Both the position numbers and the translations under genes were made by a program. Shown piece by piece: positions 28,950 to 37,709 of a stretch of 64,000 nt of DNA (its first letter is position 1; every line of letters starts with the position of its first letter). Location of the stretch: NCBI GenBank assembly GCA_964459635.1, contig CAYWMQ010000002.1, positions 6,776 through 70,775 on the forward strand. Direction: 5' to 3'. This stretch comes from an uncultured Candidatus Saccharibacteria bacterium (lineage in GTDB: Bacteria > Patescibacteriota > Minisyncoccia > Phycocordibacterales > UBA12088). Below the pieces are notes generated by a model. That model was given only the letters and a program-made list of their open reading frames with translations, was not told the DNA's origin and ran no database searches.

Positions 28950-29486
28950 CTATCGCTCACGCAAGGGCAAACCGATATGTCGCAGGTATGCCTCCGCCTC
29001 GCCTCGCGTCTTTGCGGTGGTCACGAGGGTCACCGCAAAACCGAACACATCGCGCTGCTCCTCGTCGGCCGTCTCCGGGAAAATGGTGTGCTCACTCACG
29101 CCTATCGTGACGTTCCCCACCTCATCGATGGCTTTGGGAGAAAGGCCGCGGAAGTCGCGCGTGCGCGGAAAGGCGATGTGTATGAGCTTGTCTACAAAGT
29201 CGCGCATGCGTGCGCCGCGCAAGGTGATCTGGTACCCCACCACGTCACCCTGGCGCACCTTGAAAGACGCGATGGACTTCTTCGCACCGCGTGCAGCGGG
29301 CTTCTGTCCGGTAATACGCGCCAGTCTGTCTTGTATGAGCTCGATCTTTTTCGGGTCCGCCACTTTGCCCACCCCCACCGAGATTACCGCCTTTACGAGC
29401 TTGGGTGTTTGCATGGTGTTCTTGTACCCGTGCGTTTCGCGGAGCGCATCGTACACCGTCTTTTGTTTTTCGATGAGTGAAGCCAT
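28950..29486 (-). CDS. rplE: 50S ribosomal protein L5
   Basis: 178 aa; L5 signature. Confidence 0.9.
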   Translation of the reverse strand: MASLIEKQKTVYDALRETHGYKNTMQTPKLVKAVISVGVGKVADPKKIELIQDRLARITGQKPAARGAKKSIASFKVRQGDVVGYQITLRGARMRDFVDKLIHIAFPRTRDFRGLSPKAIDEVGNVTIGVSEHTIFPETADEEQRDVFGFAVTLVTTAKTRGEAEAYLRHIGLPLRER

Positions 29487-29489
29487 GGT

Positions 29490-29804
29490 TTATGAGGAAA
29501 GTTTCGCGCCGCTCTTTTTTGCGATGCGTACACGTTTATCGTTTTCTTTGGACACTCCAACGCGCGTGGCTTTGCCGGACTTTGGGTCGCGGAGCCCCAC
29601 GTTTGACACATGAATGGGCGCAGCAAACTCAATAATGCCCCCGCCCTGCTTTGTTTGCTTGTTGGTCTTGCGGTGGCGCTTGTGGACATTGACGCCCTCC
29701 ACCACCACCTGATCGGTGGCAGGCAGTGCGCGGAGCACAGTACCGCTCTTCCCGCGGTCCTTGCCTGCTCGTATGATGACTGTGTCTCCTTTTCTTATTT
29801 TCAT
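29490..29804 (-). CDS. rplX: 50S ribosomal protein L24
   Basis: MKIRKGDTVII KOW-motif start chosen inside the longer ORF. Confidence 0.85.
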   Translation of the reverse strand: MKIRKGDTVIIRAGKDRGKSGTVLRALPATDQVVVEGVNVHKRHRKTNKQTKQGGGIIEFAAPIHVSNVGLRDPKSGKATRVGVSKENDKRVRIAKKSGAKLSS

Positions 29805-29848
29805 ACTGTAGTGATACAAATGCGACTCCTCGTTACCCGATACCAATC

Positions 29849-29980
29849 AACGAATGTGTACTTGTCCCGCCGTAGCTCGTTTGCGAAGGGGGGGGCGAAT
29901 GCTGCGAATAGATCCACCTATCTTGCTCTGACGCTGTGATCCATTCGTTGCATTCGTACCGTACTCGTGTAATTCGTATT
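29849..29980. repeat. ACGAATG ... CATTCGT inverted heptad array in the rplX-rplN spacer (180-bp intergenic gap inside the spc cluster)
   Basis: caacgaatg, ggcgaatgctgcgaatag, then ccattcgttgcattcgtaccgtactcgtgtaattcgtattg. It also contains the 16-nt block cccgccgtagctcgt shared with 36517..36535. Confidence 0.65.
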
Positions 29981-29983
29981 GTG

Positions 29984-30355
29984 TTATAGAACTTCCGGTG
30001 CCATGCTCGCTATCTTCTGGTACCCCATCTCGCCAAGCTCGCGCGGGACGGGGCCGAACACGCGGTTGGCGCGGGGCTCTTTCTTTGCCTTGTCCACGAT
30101 AACTACGGCGTTCTCATCAAAGCGGATGTAGCTTCCGTCCTTGCGGCGGAACGGCTGCGCACTGCGCACCACCACCGCTGTGAGGACGTCCTTTTTCTTC
30201 ACCGCCTTGCGCGGCTCTGCCACCTGCACGGAAAGAATAAGCAGATCACCAATGCGCGCGTAGCGTCTTTTGCTGCCGCCAAGTATCTTAAAGACGCGTC
30301 CGACCTTTGCGCCGGTGTTGTCTGCTATTTTGACGATGGATTGTGGCTGGATCAT
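29984..30355 (-). CDS. rplN: 50S ribosomal protein L14
   Basis: MIQPQS...AKVG..., 123 aa. Confidence 0.9.
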   Translation of the reverse strand: MIQPQSIVKIADNTGAKVGRVFKILGGSKRRYARIGDLLILSVQVAEPRKAVKKKDVLTAVVVRSAQPFRRKDGSYIRFDENAVVIVDKAKKEPRANRVFGPVPRELGEMGYQKIASMAPEVL

Positions 30356-30420
30356 GGATGAGTTTTGAGTGTAGAGTGGTCAGTGTAGAGCGCTCTGTCC
30401 TGTTGCGTGGTGCAAGCGAC

Positions 30421-30684
30421 TTATCGAACAACAGTGAAGTGCTTCAGCTTACTCATCGGACGGCACTCGCGGATGGTGACCTTGTCGCCCTCTTTTGCGG
30501 TGTTGCCCGCATCGTGTACATGGTAGCGCTTCACGCGCGAAATAAACTTGCGGTACTTCGGGTGCTTCACAAAGCGTGTCACCGCCACCACCACGGTATC
30601 TTTCATCTTTGCGGACACCACCACGCCCGTAAGCGTGCGGGGTGTCGTAGGTGCGGCGGTGCTTTGTGTGTTGGGAGTATTCAT
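30421..30684 (-). CDS. rpsQ: 30S ribosomal protein S17
   Basis: 87 aa; S17 fold sequence. Confidence 0.9.
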   Translation of the reverse strand: MNTPNTQSTAAPTTPRTLTGVVVSAKMKDTVVVAVTRFVKHPKYRKFISRVKRYHVHDAGNTAKEGDKVTIRECRPMSKLKHFTVVR

Positions 30685-30701
30685 GGGAAATGATACGAGA
30701 G

Positions 30702-30926
30702 CTATGCTACCTCTTCGGCCACCTCAGGTGCCGTGGCAGGCGTAGTGGCTTTTTTGGTCAAGATGCGCGCGATCGTCCTGCGGAGTATGCGGCCTTCTTT
30801 TGTGTTACGCACGCGACTGCCCGCCTGACCAAAACGAAACTGACGCAATGCCTCGCGCTTTTCAGCCAAAAGCTTGCCAAGGTCGTCGGCGCTCATCTTT
30901 TCCAGCTCTTTCATGTGCTTGTTCAT
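30702..30926 (-). CDS. rpmC: 50S ribosomal protein L29
   Basis: MNKHMKELEKMSADDLGKLLAEKREAL...; the start is ambiguous (30914 or 30926). Confidence 0.8.
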   Translation of the reverse strand: MNKHMKELEKMSADDLGKLLAEKREALRQFRFGQAGSRVRNTKEGRILRRTIARILTKKATTPATAPEVAEEVA

Positions 30927-30989
30927 ATGTTCTACAGGTGAGTGCTTGAATGGTATAGCACGCGCGCGCCTTTGCTGCAACGTGTCACA

Positions 30990-31409
30990 CTATGCACGGC
31001 TCGCGAAGCGTACGGCAACAGGCAGCTTTGCGCCCGCTTTCCGCAGGGCTTCCTTCGCTACGGCTTCGGAAACGCCGTCCACTTCAAACAGTACGCGCCC
31101 GGGAAGCACTTCAACCTCGTACGCCTCGACATCGCCCTTGCCCTTACCCATACCAACCTCGGCAGCCTTCTGCGTATATGGGCGGTCAGGGAAAATGCGA
31201 ATCCATGTGCGGCCGTTCTTTCCCAGTGCGCGACTGATGGTGCGACGGGCGGCCTCTATCTGATTGCTGCGGATGCGGCCCTGCTCGGTGGCCTTGATGG
31301 CAAAAGAGCCGAACGAAACCTCCGTGCCGCGCGTGGCCGCGTGACGGTACTGCAAGGCGTTGCGCCCGCGGTGCCATTTACGAAACTTTACTTTTTTGGG
31401 AAGCAGCAT
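30990..31409 (-). CDS. rplP: 50S ribosomal protein L16
   Basis: MLLPKKVKFRKWHRG... Confidence 0.9.
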   Translation of the reverse strand: MLLPKKVKFRKWHRGRNALQYRHAATRGTEVSFGSFAIKATEQGRIRSNQIEAARRTISRALGKNGRTWIRIFPDRPYTQKAAEVGMGKGKGDVEAYEVEVLPGRVLFEVDGVSEAVAKEALRKAGAKLPVAVRFASRA

Positions 31410-31419
31410 GGTGGTGGTG

Positions 31420-32094
31420 TTACGCGTTTTCTTCGCCCTCGAATATCTCGCCCTTGTATATCCAAACTTTCACCCCAATGAGACCGGTGTATGCGATGTA
31501 TGCCTCCGCGCGCGCAAAGTCTACGTCCGCGCGAAGCGTCTGGAGCGGCACGCGCCCGCGCTTGATCTCTTCGCTTCGGCTCATTTCGCTGCCGCCGATG
31601 CGGCCGGAAATGCCGATGCGCACGCCCAATACACCCCTGTTGGCCATCACCTTGTCGACCGTCTGCTTGAGGACGCGGCGAAACGGCATGCGCTTTTCAA
31701 GACCCTCAGCCACCATTTCGGCGACTATCTGCGCGTTTGCCTCGGGATTGCGCACCTCTTCGATATCAAACTTAACCTCTGCCGTATCGCCCGGTGAGAG
31801 CGTCGCCAGTTTCTTTGCTATTTCCTTTCGTATACGCTGAGCACCTTCGCCTGAGCGACCGATGATGAGGCCCGGACGCGCCGTCTTCACGATGATGCGC
31901 AGTATGCCGGCGTTGCGCTCTATCTCGATAGACGCAACGTACATGCCCTTGAGGCGCTTTTTGAGCCACTCACGGAGGAGTGTATCAGCACGAAGGTACT
32001 GCTTGTACTGCTTGCCGTCACGCACAAACCAGCGGCTCTTCCAGTCGCGTATGATGCCGATGCGTATGCCGTATGGATGTGCGATGTGAGTCAT
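31420..32094 (-). CDS. rpsC: 30S ribosomal protein S3
   Basis: KH and S3-C domains; 224 aa. Confidence 0.9.
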   Translation of the reverse strand: MTHIAHPYGIRIGIIRDWKSRWFVRDGKQYKQYLRADTLLREWLKKRLKGMYVASIEIERNAGILRIIVKTARPGLIIGRSGEGAQRIRKEIAKKLATLSPGDTAEVKFDIEEVRNPEANAQIVAEMVAEGLEKRMPFRRVLKQTVDKVMANRGVLGVRIGISGRIGGSEMSRSEEIKRGRVPLQTLRADVDFARAEAYIAYTGLIGVKVWIYKGEIFEGEENA

Positions 32095-32100
32095 AGAAGC

Positions 32101-32135
32101 GAGTAGAAAGTAGGAAGTAGCAAGTAGTAAGCAGC
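32101..32135. repeat. Five tandem AAGTAGn heptads (mRNA sense CTACTTn) filling the rplV-rpsC spacer
   Basis: gagtagaaagtaggaagtagcaagtagtaagcagc, read directly. Confidence 0.6.
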
Positions 32136-32141
32136 GCGGGA

Positions 32142-32486
32142 TTAACGATTTACCGGTTCGCGGTCGCGAAGCTCCACCTTCACATGCGAAGACTCGCGGT
32201 TGATGGGGGCGGCGCGACCGAACGCGCGAGGCATGTAGCGCGTAAAGGTCAGCCCCTTGTCGGCGGTAATGGTGGACACCACAAGCGACTCGTCCGTGCG
32301 GCTCGTGTCTTTCTGTCGTGCATTTGCAGCGGCGGATGCGATGAGCTTCTTGATGGGAAGCGCGGCCTTCTGCGGCATGTGCGTGAGGAGCGTGAGCGCT
32401 TCGTCCACCGTCTTACCGCGCACCACGTCTATGACGAGGCGCACCTTGCGCGGAGCTTGTCGATAGTTTTTTAGTGATGCTTTCAT
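32142..32486 (-). CDS. rplV: 50S ribosomal protein L22
   Basis: MKASLKNYRQAPRKVRLV start chosen inside the longer ORF. Confidence 0.85.
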   Translation of the reverse strand: MKASLKNYRQAPRKVRLVIDVVRGKTVDEALTLLTHMPQKAALPIKKLIASAAANARQKDTSRTDESLVVSTITADKGLTFTRYMPRAFGRAAPINRESSHVKVELRDREPVNR

Positions 32487-32535
32487 GTGATGATGTATTC
32501 GCGGCATTCGTACTCATTCGCAGATTCGTATCGTG

Positions 32536-32880
32536 CTATTTCTTACCGGTCGTCGTGGCTGCCTTGGCGGCCTTGGCTGCCTGTATCTCGGCGTCCTTGC
32601 GCTTCTGCTCAAGCTCCTTCTGGATCTTACCGCCGTGCCGTAGGAACTTCGTCGTCGGAGAAAACTCGCCAAGCTTGTGGCCCACCATGTCCTCCGTGCA
32701 GAGCACCTCCACGTGCGACTTGCCGTTGTGGACGCCAAACGTGAAGCCGACCATTTCGGGGCTGATGGTGCACGCGCGCGACCACGTGCGAATAACCCCG
32801 GTCGTTTGCGGCTTCTTGCCCTCTATCTTTTTCAAGACACGGGGGTCAACGTATGGTCCTTTCTTGAGTGAGCGTGACAT
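32536..32880 (-). CDS. rpsS: 30S ribosomal protein S19
   Basis: [12 protein letters not shown]... Confidence 0.9.
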   Translation of the reverse strand: MSRSLKKGPYVDPRVLKKIEGKKPQTTGVIRTWSRACTISPEMVGFTFGVHNGKSHVEVLCTEDMVGHKLGEFSPTTKFLRHGGKIQKELEQKRKDAEIQAAKAAKAATTTGKK

Positions 32881-32942
32881 GGTGTGTGATGACTGTGTGA
32901 GGTGCGCCTATACTACGCAACACCCCGAGTATTGTCAACGAA

Positions 32943-33788
32943 TTACGAACGTTTCTTACCAACCTTCCGCCGCGAGACGATGAGGGCGTTGCTGTACTTT
33001 TTCGGTGCGCGCGTCTTGTGCCCCTTGCCTGTGGGCTTGCCGAAGATGGATCGAGCTCGACGATGGCCGCGCCCTTGCCTGCCTTCACCGCCACCATGCG
33101 GGTGATCTACAGGGTTCATGACGGTACCGCGTACGGTCGGGCGCTTGCCGAGCCAGCGGCTGCGGCCGGCCTTGCCGAGCTTCACGAGCTGATGTTCATC
33201 GTTTGACACCACCCCGAGCGTAGCCCATGCCGCGCTGTTTACCTTGCGCACTTCTCCCGATGGCATCTTGAGGTGCGTATGGACGCCGTCCTGCGCTATC
33301 ACATCCGCACTGTTGCCCGCCGAGCGTGCAAAGCGTGCGCCTGCTCCCGGCTTGGTCTCGATGTTGTGAACCTGGGCACCGATGGGTACCGTACGAAGGG
33401 GCATACGTACGCCCGGTGCGGGCTTCGCCGTTTCGGACGCCACAAAGGTGTCGCCCACGCGCGCGTCCTTGTGTGCAAGAATATAGCGCCACTCGCCATC
33501 GGCATATACCACGAGGGCAATGTACGCGCTGCGGTTCGGATCGTACTCAATAGCGGTGATGCGTGCCGGAATATCCTTCTTTTCAAAGGTAAAGTCAACC
33601 GTGCGAAGCACGCGCTTGTGCCCGCCGCCCATGTGCCTGCTCGTAATGCGGCCCTGGCTGTTGCGGCCCGTGGCGCGCTTGCCGCCCTTGGTGAGCGCCT
33701 TCTTGGGCTTGGCGGAAGTCACCACGCTCTTGTACGAGCGAGTGGTCATGTGACGGCGCGACTGTGTTGTGGGACGATACTTTTTCAT
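32943..33788 (-). CDS. rplB: 50S ribosomal protein L2
   Basis: 281 aa, ...VMNPVDHPHGGGEGR... Confidence 0.9.
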   Translation of the reverse strand: MKKYRPTTQSRRHMTTRSYKSVVTSAKPKKALTKGGKRATGRNSQGRITSRHMGGGHKRVLRTVDFTFEKKDIPARITAIEYDPNRSAYIALVVYADGEWRYILAHKDARVGDTFVASETAKPAPGVRMPLRTVPIGAQVHNIETKPGAGARFARSAGNSADVIAQDGVHTHLKMPSGEVRKVNSAAWATLGVVSNDEHQLVKLGKAGRSRWLGKRPTVRGTVMNPVDHPHGGGEGRQGRGHRRARSIFGKPTGKGHKTRAPKKYSNALIVSRRKVGKKRS

Positions 33789-33806
33789 GGTATGAGACTG
33801 GTGCTT

Positions 33807-34202
33807 TTACAGGAGGTCTATCTTATCACCTTCCTTGAGGTACACGTGCGCTTTCTTGTACCCGCTTACCGTACCGCGACGACGGCGCGTGCGCGATATC
33901 TTGACGCGCGGCTGCACGCGGACCGTGTTGACCTTGACAGGCACGACGCCATACACCGCCTGCACTGCGTTCATGATGTCGCGCTTTGTCGCATCCACCG
34001 CCACATCAAATACATATACGCGGCGCTCAATGGCATACGTGGCCTTTTCGGTGATGCGCGGCGCGCGGAGGATGCGCTCAGGCGTTTTGGTGAGAGCGGC
34101 TGTCAGCTTGCCCTGCTTTGTGACGGCCTTTTTGCGCGCAGGCTTAGCCGCTGTACCCGCGTGCTTCTTCGCCTTTGTGTCTGATCTAGAAAAAATAGCC
34201 AT
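33807..34202 (-). CDS. rplW: 50S ribosomal protein L23
   Basis: MAIFSR... start chosen inside the longer ORF; a Lys/Ala-rich N-terminus followed by the L23 core. Confidence 0.85.
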   Translation of the reverse strand: MAIFSRSDTKAKKHAGTAAKPARKKAVTKQGKLTAALTKTPERILRAPRITEKATYAIERRVYVFDVAVDATKRDIMNAVQAVYGVVPVKVNTVRVQPRVKISRTRRRRGTVSGYKKAHVYLKEGDKIDLL

Positions 34203-34209
34203 GGTGGTG

Positions 34210-34893
34210 TTATTTAGCGGTGCGGGCGCGCTTTTCAAGCACTTCCACCGACTCTGCGGGCGATGCAATGATGAGGTACTTGTGGCGCAAGACTTCTACC
34301 GGATTGAGATTGCGTGCATCCTCAAGCATGATGTGGCCGAAGTTACGGAAGCTCTTCTTTGTTGCCTCGCCCGGCGCTGCGACCGCTACAAGGGCTGCAT
34401 TTTTGCGCTTGGTTGCAAGCGGCGCGAAACCGTCGACCTTCGCAAGCGCCATGAGCGTCTTATTCGCCTCGGCGGCCTTGGGCTCCGCAAATGCAAGCTC
34501 GTCCAGGAAGAGCACCTCGCCATCGGCAAGCTTGCGCGAAAGCACCGCATAGAGAGCCTGTACGCGCATCTTCTTGTTTATCTTCTGCGCGTATGAGCGC
34601 TCGTTGCGCGGGCCATGCGCCACGCCTCCCTTGGTCCAGATAGGGCTGCGGCGGCTGCCGTGGCGGGCGTTGCCCGTACCCTTCTGTTTCCATGGTTTCT
34701 TGCCCGTGCCGGACACTTCCGCGCGGTTCTTCGTGTGTGCGATGGGCGTACGAGCATTGGCCTGCATAGCGGTCACCACCTGGTGTACCAGATCTGCGTT
34801 CCACGCGGCACCGAATACAGCCTCGGGAAGATTGATCTCTCCCGCCTTAGTGCCTGCCGTGTTGTAGATAGTTGCTTTCATGGTGTGGGTCAC
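34210..34893 (-). CDS. rplD: 50S ribosomal protein L4
   Basis: 227 aa; L4 signature region. Confidence 0.9.
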   Translation of the reverse strand: MTHTMKATIYNTAGTKAGEINLPEAVFGAAWNADLVHQVVTAMQANARTPIAHTKNRAEVSGTGKKPWKQKGTGNARHGSRRSPIWTKGGVAHGPRNERSYAQKINKKMRVQALYAVLSRKLADGEVLFLDELAFAEPKAAEANKTLMALAKVDGFAPLATKRKNAALVAVAAPGEATKKSFRNFGHIMLEDARNLNPVEVLRHKYLIIASPAESVEVLEKRARTAK

Positions 34894-35016
34894 GATGCGA
34901 ATCTACGAATGGGTGCGAATGCTACGAATAAATGCTCTACCGGCGATACATTAAGAGTGTTGCATACGTTAGTAATTCATTCGCTGCATTCGTAACATTC
35001 GTTGATTAGTATCGTG
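34894..35016. repeat. Inverted array of ACGAATG / CATTCGT heptad-like repeats in the rplC-rplD spacer
   Basis: Four ACGAATG-type units face three to four CATTCGT units across a ~40-nt centre. It can fold as a long imperfect hairpin in the mRNA. Confidence 0.7.
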
Positions 35017-35625
35017 CTATTTTCCGCGTACCTCCACCAGCGAGCCGCGCCGCCCGGGCACCGCGCCGCGAATGTATAGGAGGTTCTTTTCGGGATCGAC
35101 GGCCACAACTGTCAAATTTTTCGTCGTTACGCGGTCACTGCCCATGCGTCCCGCCATGCGCATGCCCTTGGGAACGCGCCGGCGAAGACCGCCACCGATG
35201 GATCCGGGCTGACGCTCGTTGTGTTTCTGGCCGTGGCTACGGGGACCGCCCGAGAAATCGTGGCGCTTCACCACGCCTTGGTAGCCCTTGCCTTTCGACG
35301 TACCGGACACCATGACGACGTCGCCAACCGCAAACATATCGGCAACGGTCAAAACCGTACCGATCTCTTGGCTTACTGACTCGCCTGGAGCGGCCCGGTA
35401 TTCCTTGAAGTGCCTGAAAAGACCCTTCGGGCGCTGCGCCTTGTTGATGTGCTTCTCCTTAGCCTCGCCAAACGCAAGCTGTACAGCCGCGTAGCCATCC
35501 TTTTCGGGCGTTTTGAGCTGCGTTACGGTATTCGGGGTAGCCAAAAGCACCGTGGCAGGGTGTACGCGCCCGTCTGCATCGAATATTTGGGTCATATGCT
35601 GCTTGGTGGCGAGAATGAATTTCAT
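35017..35625 (-). CDS. rplC: 50S ribosomal protein L3
   Basis: 202 aa, L3 signature. Confidence 0.9.
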   Translation of the reverse strand: MKFILATKQHMTQIFDADGRVHPATVLLATPNTVTQLKTPEKDGYAAVQLAFGEAKEKHINKAQRPKGLFRHFKEYRAAPGESVSQEIGTVLTVADMFAVGDVVMVSGTSKGKGYQGVVKRHDFSGGPRSHGQKHNERQPGSIGGGLRRRVPKGMRMAGRMGSDRVTTKNLTVVAVDPEKNLLYIRGAVPGRRGSLVEVRGK

Positions 35626-35676
35626 GACGCGATACGAATCAACGAATGGGTACGAATGCTACGAATGTGGTACGTA

Positions 35677-35697
35677 CAAAAAAGCCCGCACCGGGCC
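35677..35697 (-). terminator. Intrinsic terminator / attenuator-like hairpin in the rplC 5' leader
   Basis: Minus-sense ggcccggtgcgggc followed by TTTTTT, located between a candidate minus-strand promoter (about 35785..35795) and the rplC start. A CATTCGT array follows it. Confidence 0.55.
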
Positions 35698-35815
35698 AAG
35701 CGCCGGTAGGGCGAAAGGTCCAGTGGTTCCCGCCTCTCAGCTTGGGAACATGGAAGCAGCGTGAAGCTGCGTATAGGCTCATGCACTATACACGAAGGGC
35801 TTTGGGAATGCAAAT

Positions 35816-35844
35816 TTGACTTTTTCTCTGATATTTGCTATAAT
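35816..35844 (+). promoter_or_regulatory. Near-consensus sigma70-type promoter (TTGACT-17-TATAAT)
   Basis: Read directly in the sequence; it drives the small membrane-protein ORF at 35892. Confidence 0.6.
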
Positions 35845-35891
35845 ATTAAATTGAAGTGTCCCGCACTTTTCCACATAAGTAGGAGGACAAA

Positions 35892-36143
35892 ATGATGGTA
35901 GTCCTATGGTTGGCGTTGGTCACTGTTGCTGGGACGGTCCTGGGCGCCTTCGTTACGGTGCCGGTGCTGCTCATCGTCACAGTGATTGCTATGTCCGTAG
36001 TGCTTTGGTGCTATCTCAAAAATCCTTCGGCCATTTACGGACCATCGGCGGCCGGCCTCATTGCTGGTATGTGGTTCATGTATTTCCTCACCACCCACGA
36101 TGCGGCAGCGCGAACGTTCGTCGACACGTACATCTTGCGGTAG
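35892..36143 (+). CDS. Small hydrophobic membrane protein (83 aa), hypothetical
   Basis: Strong SD TAGGAGGAC; two to three TM helices. Confidence 0.45.
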   Translation: MMVVLWLALVTVAGTVLGAFVTVPVLLIVTVIAMSVVLWCYLKNPSAIYGPSAAGLIAGMWFMYFLTTHDAAARTFVDTYILR

Positions 36144-36179
36144 ATCGAGCAAGCGAAAGAAGAAGGAGTAGGAGCGGCC

Positions 36180-36374
36180 ATGTTCATTTTGCGTAGCCTC
36201 GACAAGAACGGCAAGCGTGTATACCGCACACGCAACGGCGGTTGGAGCACGCATCGGAACGATGCGTGCAGATACGAATCCCACGAGTTTGCGCAACGCG
36301 TAGCTCGACGGACGACGCCGCCGGCGCGCAACGCGCGTGTTGAGATTGAGTCTGTGCGCGAGAAGGAAAAGTAA
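36180..36374 (+). CDS. Small basic hypothetical protein (64 aa)
   Basis: SD GAAGGAG upstream; a hairpin follows at 36431..36456. Confidence 0.35.
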   Translation: MFILRSLDKNGKRVYRTRNGGWSTHRNDACRYESHEFAQRVARRTTPPARNARVEIESVREKEK

Positions 36375-36674
36375 GCGAAGAGTTGCAGATTCCTAGATCA
36401 GACCGATTCGAGTAAGCAAACGCGTCTCGCATCACGGCTCACCTTCGGGTGAGCCGTGAACTGTTTGTAGCTACCTGAAATTGTTGATAGTCTCCATTTT
36501 CGCTGATATCCGCGCGTGTCCGCCGTAGCTCGTGGGGACAACGAATGCGGGTGGTATCCGCGTCTAGCATCCAGCCTCCGCTAGAGCTACCTGCCTACCG
36601 GCAGGTAGGCGGATTACGTGGGATCTAAGTCGCCCCCACCCTGCTACGCCGGAGGCGACGCAGGTTCTAAAAAA

Positions 36675-37664
36675 CTGTGAATTACGAAACTCCTCCCCAC
36701 CCCTTTGCACCATACACCCCAAACACACCCGTTAGGGTGTAGCACGTACGCTTGATTGTCACACACACGAAGGAAATTGATTGTGCCTACGCGAGCACGA
36801 ATGAAAGAAGTGCGTAGAGATAGTTTGCGAAGTACCCATTCACTGAGCGCGGAAGTGAGGTAACGAGACCGTGGAACAGCTTCAGGTTGCGGAAGTCGAA
36901 CTCGATGTCAAAGCGTTTCTTGTAGAGGTGGAGCTGCCAAGCCTCGGCGAGCTTCTTCATGTTTTTGTACGGCTTGATGAGCACCCACCGCCGGTCGTTG
37001 TTCATGTCGCGCTCAAGTTGCTTTGACACGTACCCCGCATCCGCAACGATGATGCCCTCGATGTATTCGTTGATCTTGCGGAAGATGTCGCGGTCATCCG
37101 CGTTGGCGGGCGTGAAGCGGAGCGCGAGGAGACGTCCCGCAGCATCCCGTGTCATGGTCATTTTAAGGCCGAAATAGAAGCCTTTTCCAGAGTGGCCCCA
37201 TGCGGCGAGTCCGGCCATGGTCTTGTGGTGTTTACCGTTCTTGGTGAGACACACGGGTATATCGGTCGCATCGGTGTACTTCACGATGTGCTGGTCCTTG
37301 TGCCCGAGCCGCATGAGGTATGCAAGGATCAGGAACACCAGACGGGCTGCACGATTGATCGCCTCCACAAACGTCTTGTACGAGCAAGGTATCGCTTCCT
37401 TGAAGTCGTCATATACGGACTTCTTAGTAGCGCGTGTTGACTGATGCCAGTACAGGCCCCAAATGACCGCGTCCAAGGGATTGATGGCTAATGGTCGACC
37501 CACCCTCTTTCCTTCGGGGAGGATGTGGAGTTTTTGTGCTATGTGTGTGACAATGTGCGTGAGGTTGTCCCATATCTTTGGGAACATACAATACAAGAGG
37601 CTCCATACGGAGCCTTTTGTATTGTATCGAAATGCAGTGCGGGAGGGAGTTTCGTAATTCACAG
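36675..37664. mobile_element. IS982-like insertion sequence (990 bp) with 24-bp imperfect terminal inverted repeats and a 7-bp TAAAAAA target-site duplication
   Basis: IRL ctgtgaattacgaaactcctcccc matches IRR (reverse complement ctgtgaattacgaaactccctccc). Direct repeats TAAAAAA at 36668..36674 and 37665..37671. A single DDE transposase ORF lies inside. Confidence 0.75.
36787..37587 (-). CDS. DDE transposase (IS4/IS5 superfamily, IS982-like)
   Basis: 267 aa from MFPKIWDNL; the length and single-ORF organisation are typical of IS982-family elements. The DDE catalytic triad was not identified. Confidence 0.7.
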   Translation of the reverse strand: MFPKIWDNLTHIVTHIAQKLHILPEGKRVGRPLAINPLDAVIWGLYWHQSTRATKKSVYDDFKEAIPCSYKTFVEAINRAARLVFLILAYLMRLGHKDQHIVKYTDATDIPVCLTKNGKHHKTMAGLAAWGHSGKGFYFGLKMTMTRDAAGRLLALRFTPANADDRDIFRKINEYIEGIIVADAGYVSKQLERDMNNDRRWVLIKPYKNMKKLAEAWQLHLYKKRFDIEFDFRNLKLFHGLVTSLPRSVNGYFANYLYALLSFVLA

Positions 37665-37681
37665 TAAAAAAGGCTACAACC

Positions 37682-37709
37682 AAAACGCCGGCCTTGCGGC
37701 CGGCGTTTT
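37682..37709 (-). terminator. Intrinsic terminator downstream of rpsJ
   Basis: aaaacgccggcc-ttgc-ggccggcgtttt hairpin. Confidence 0.7.
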
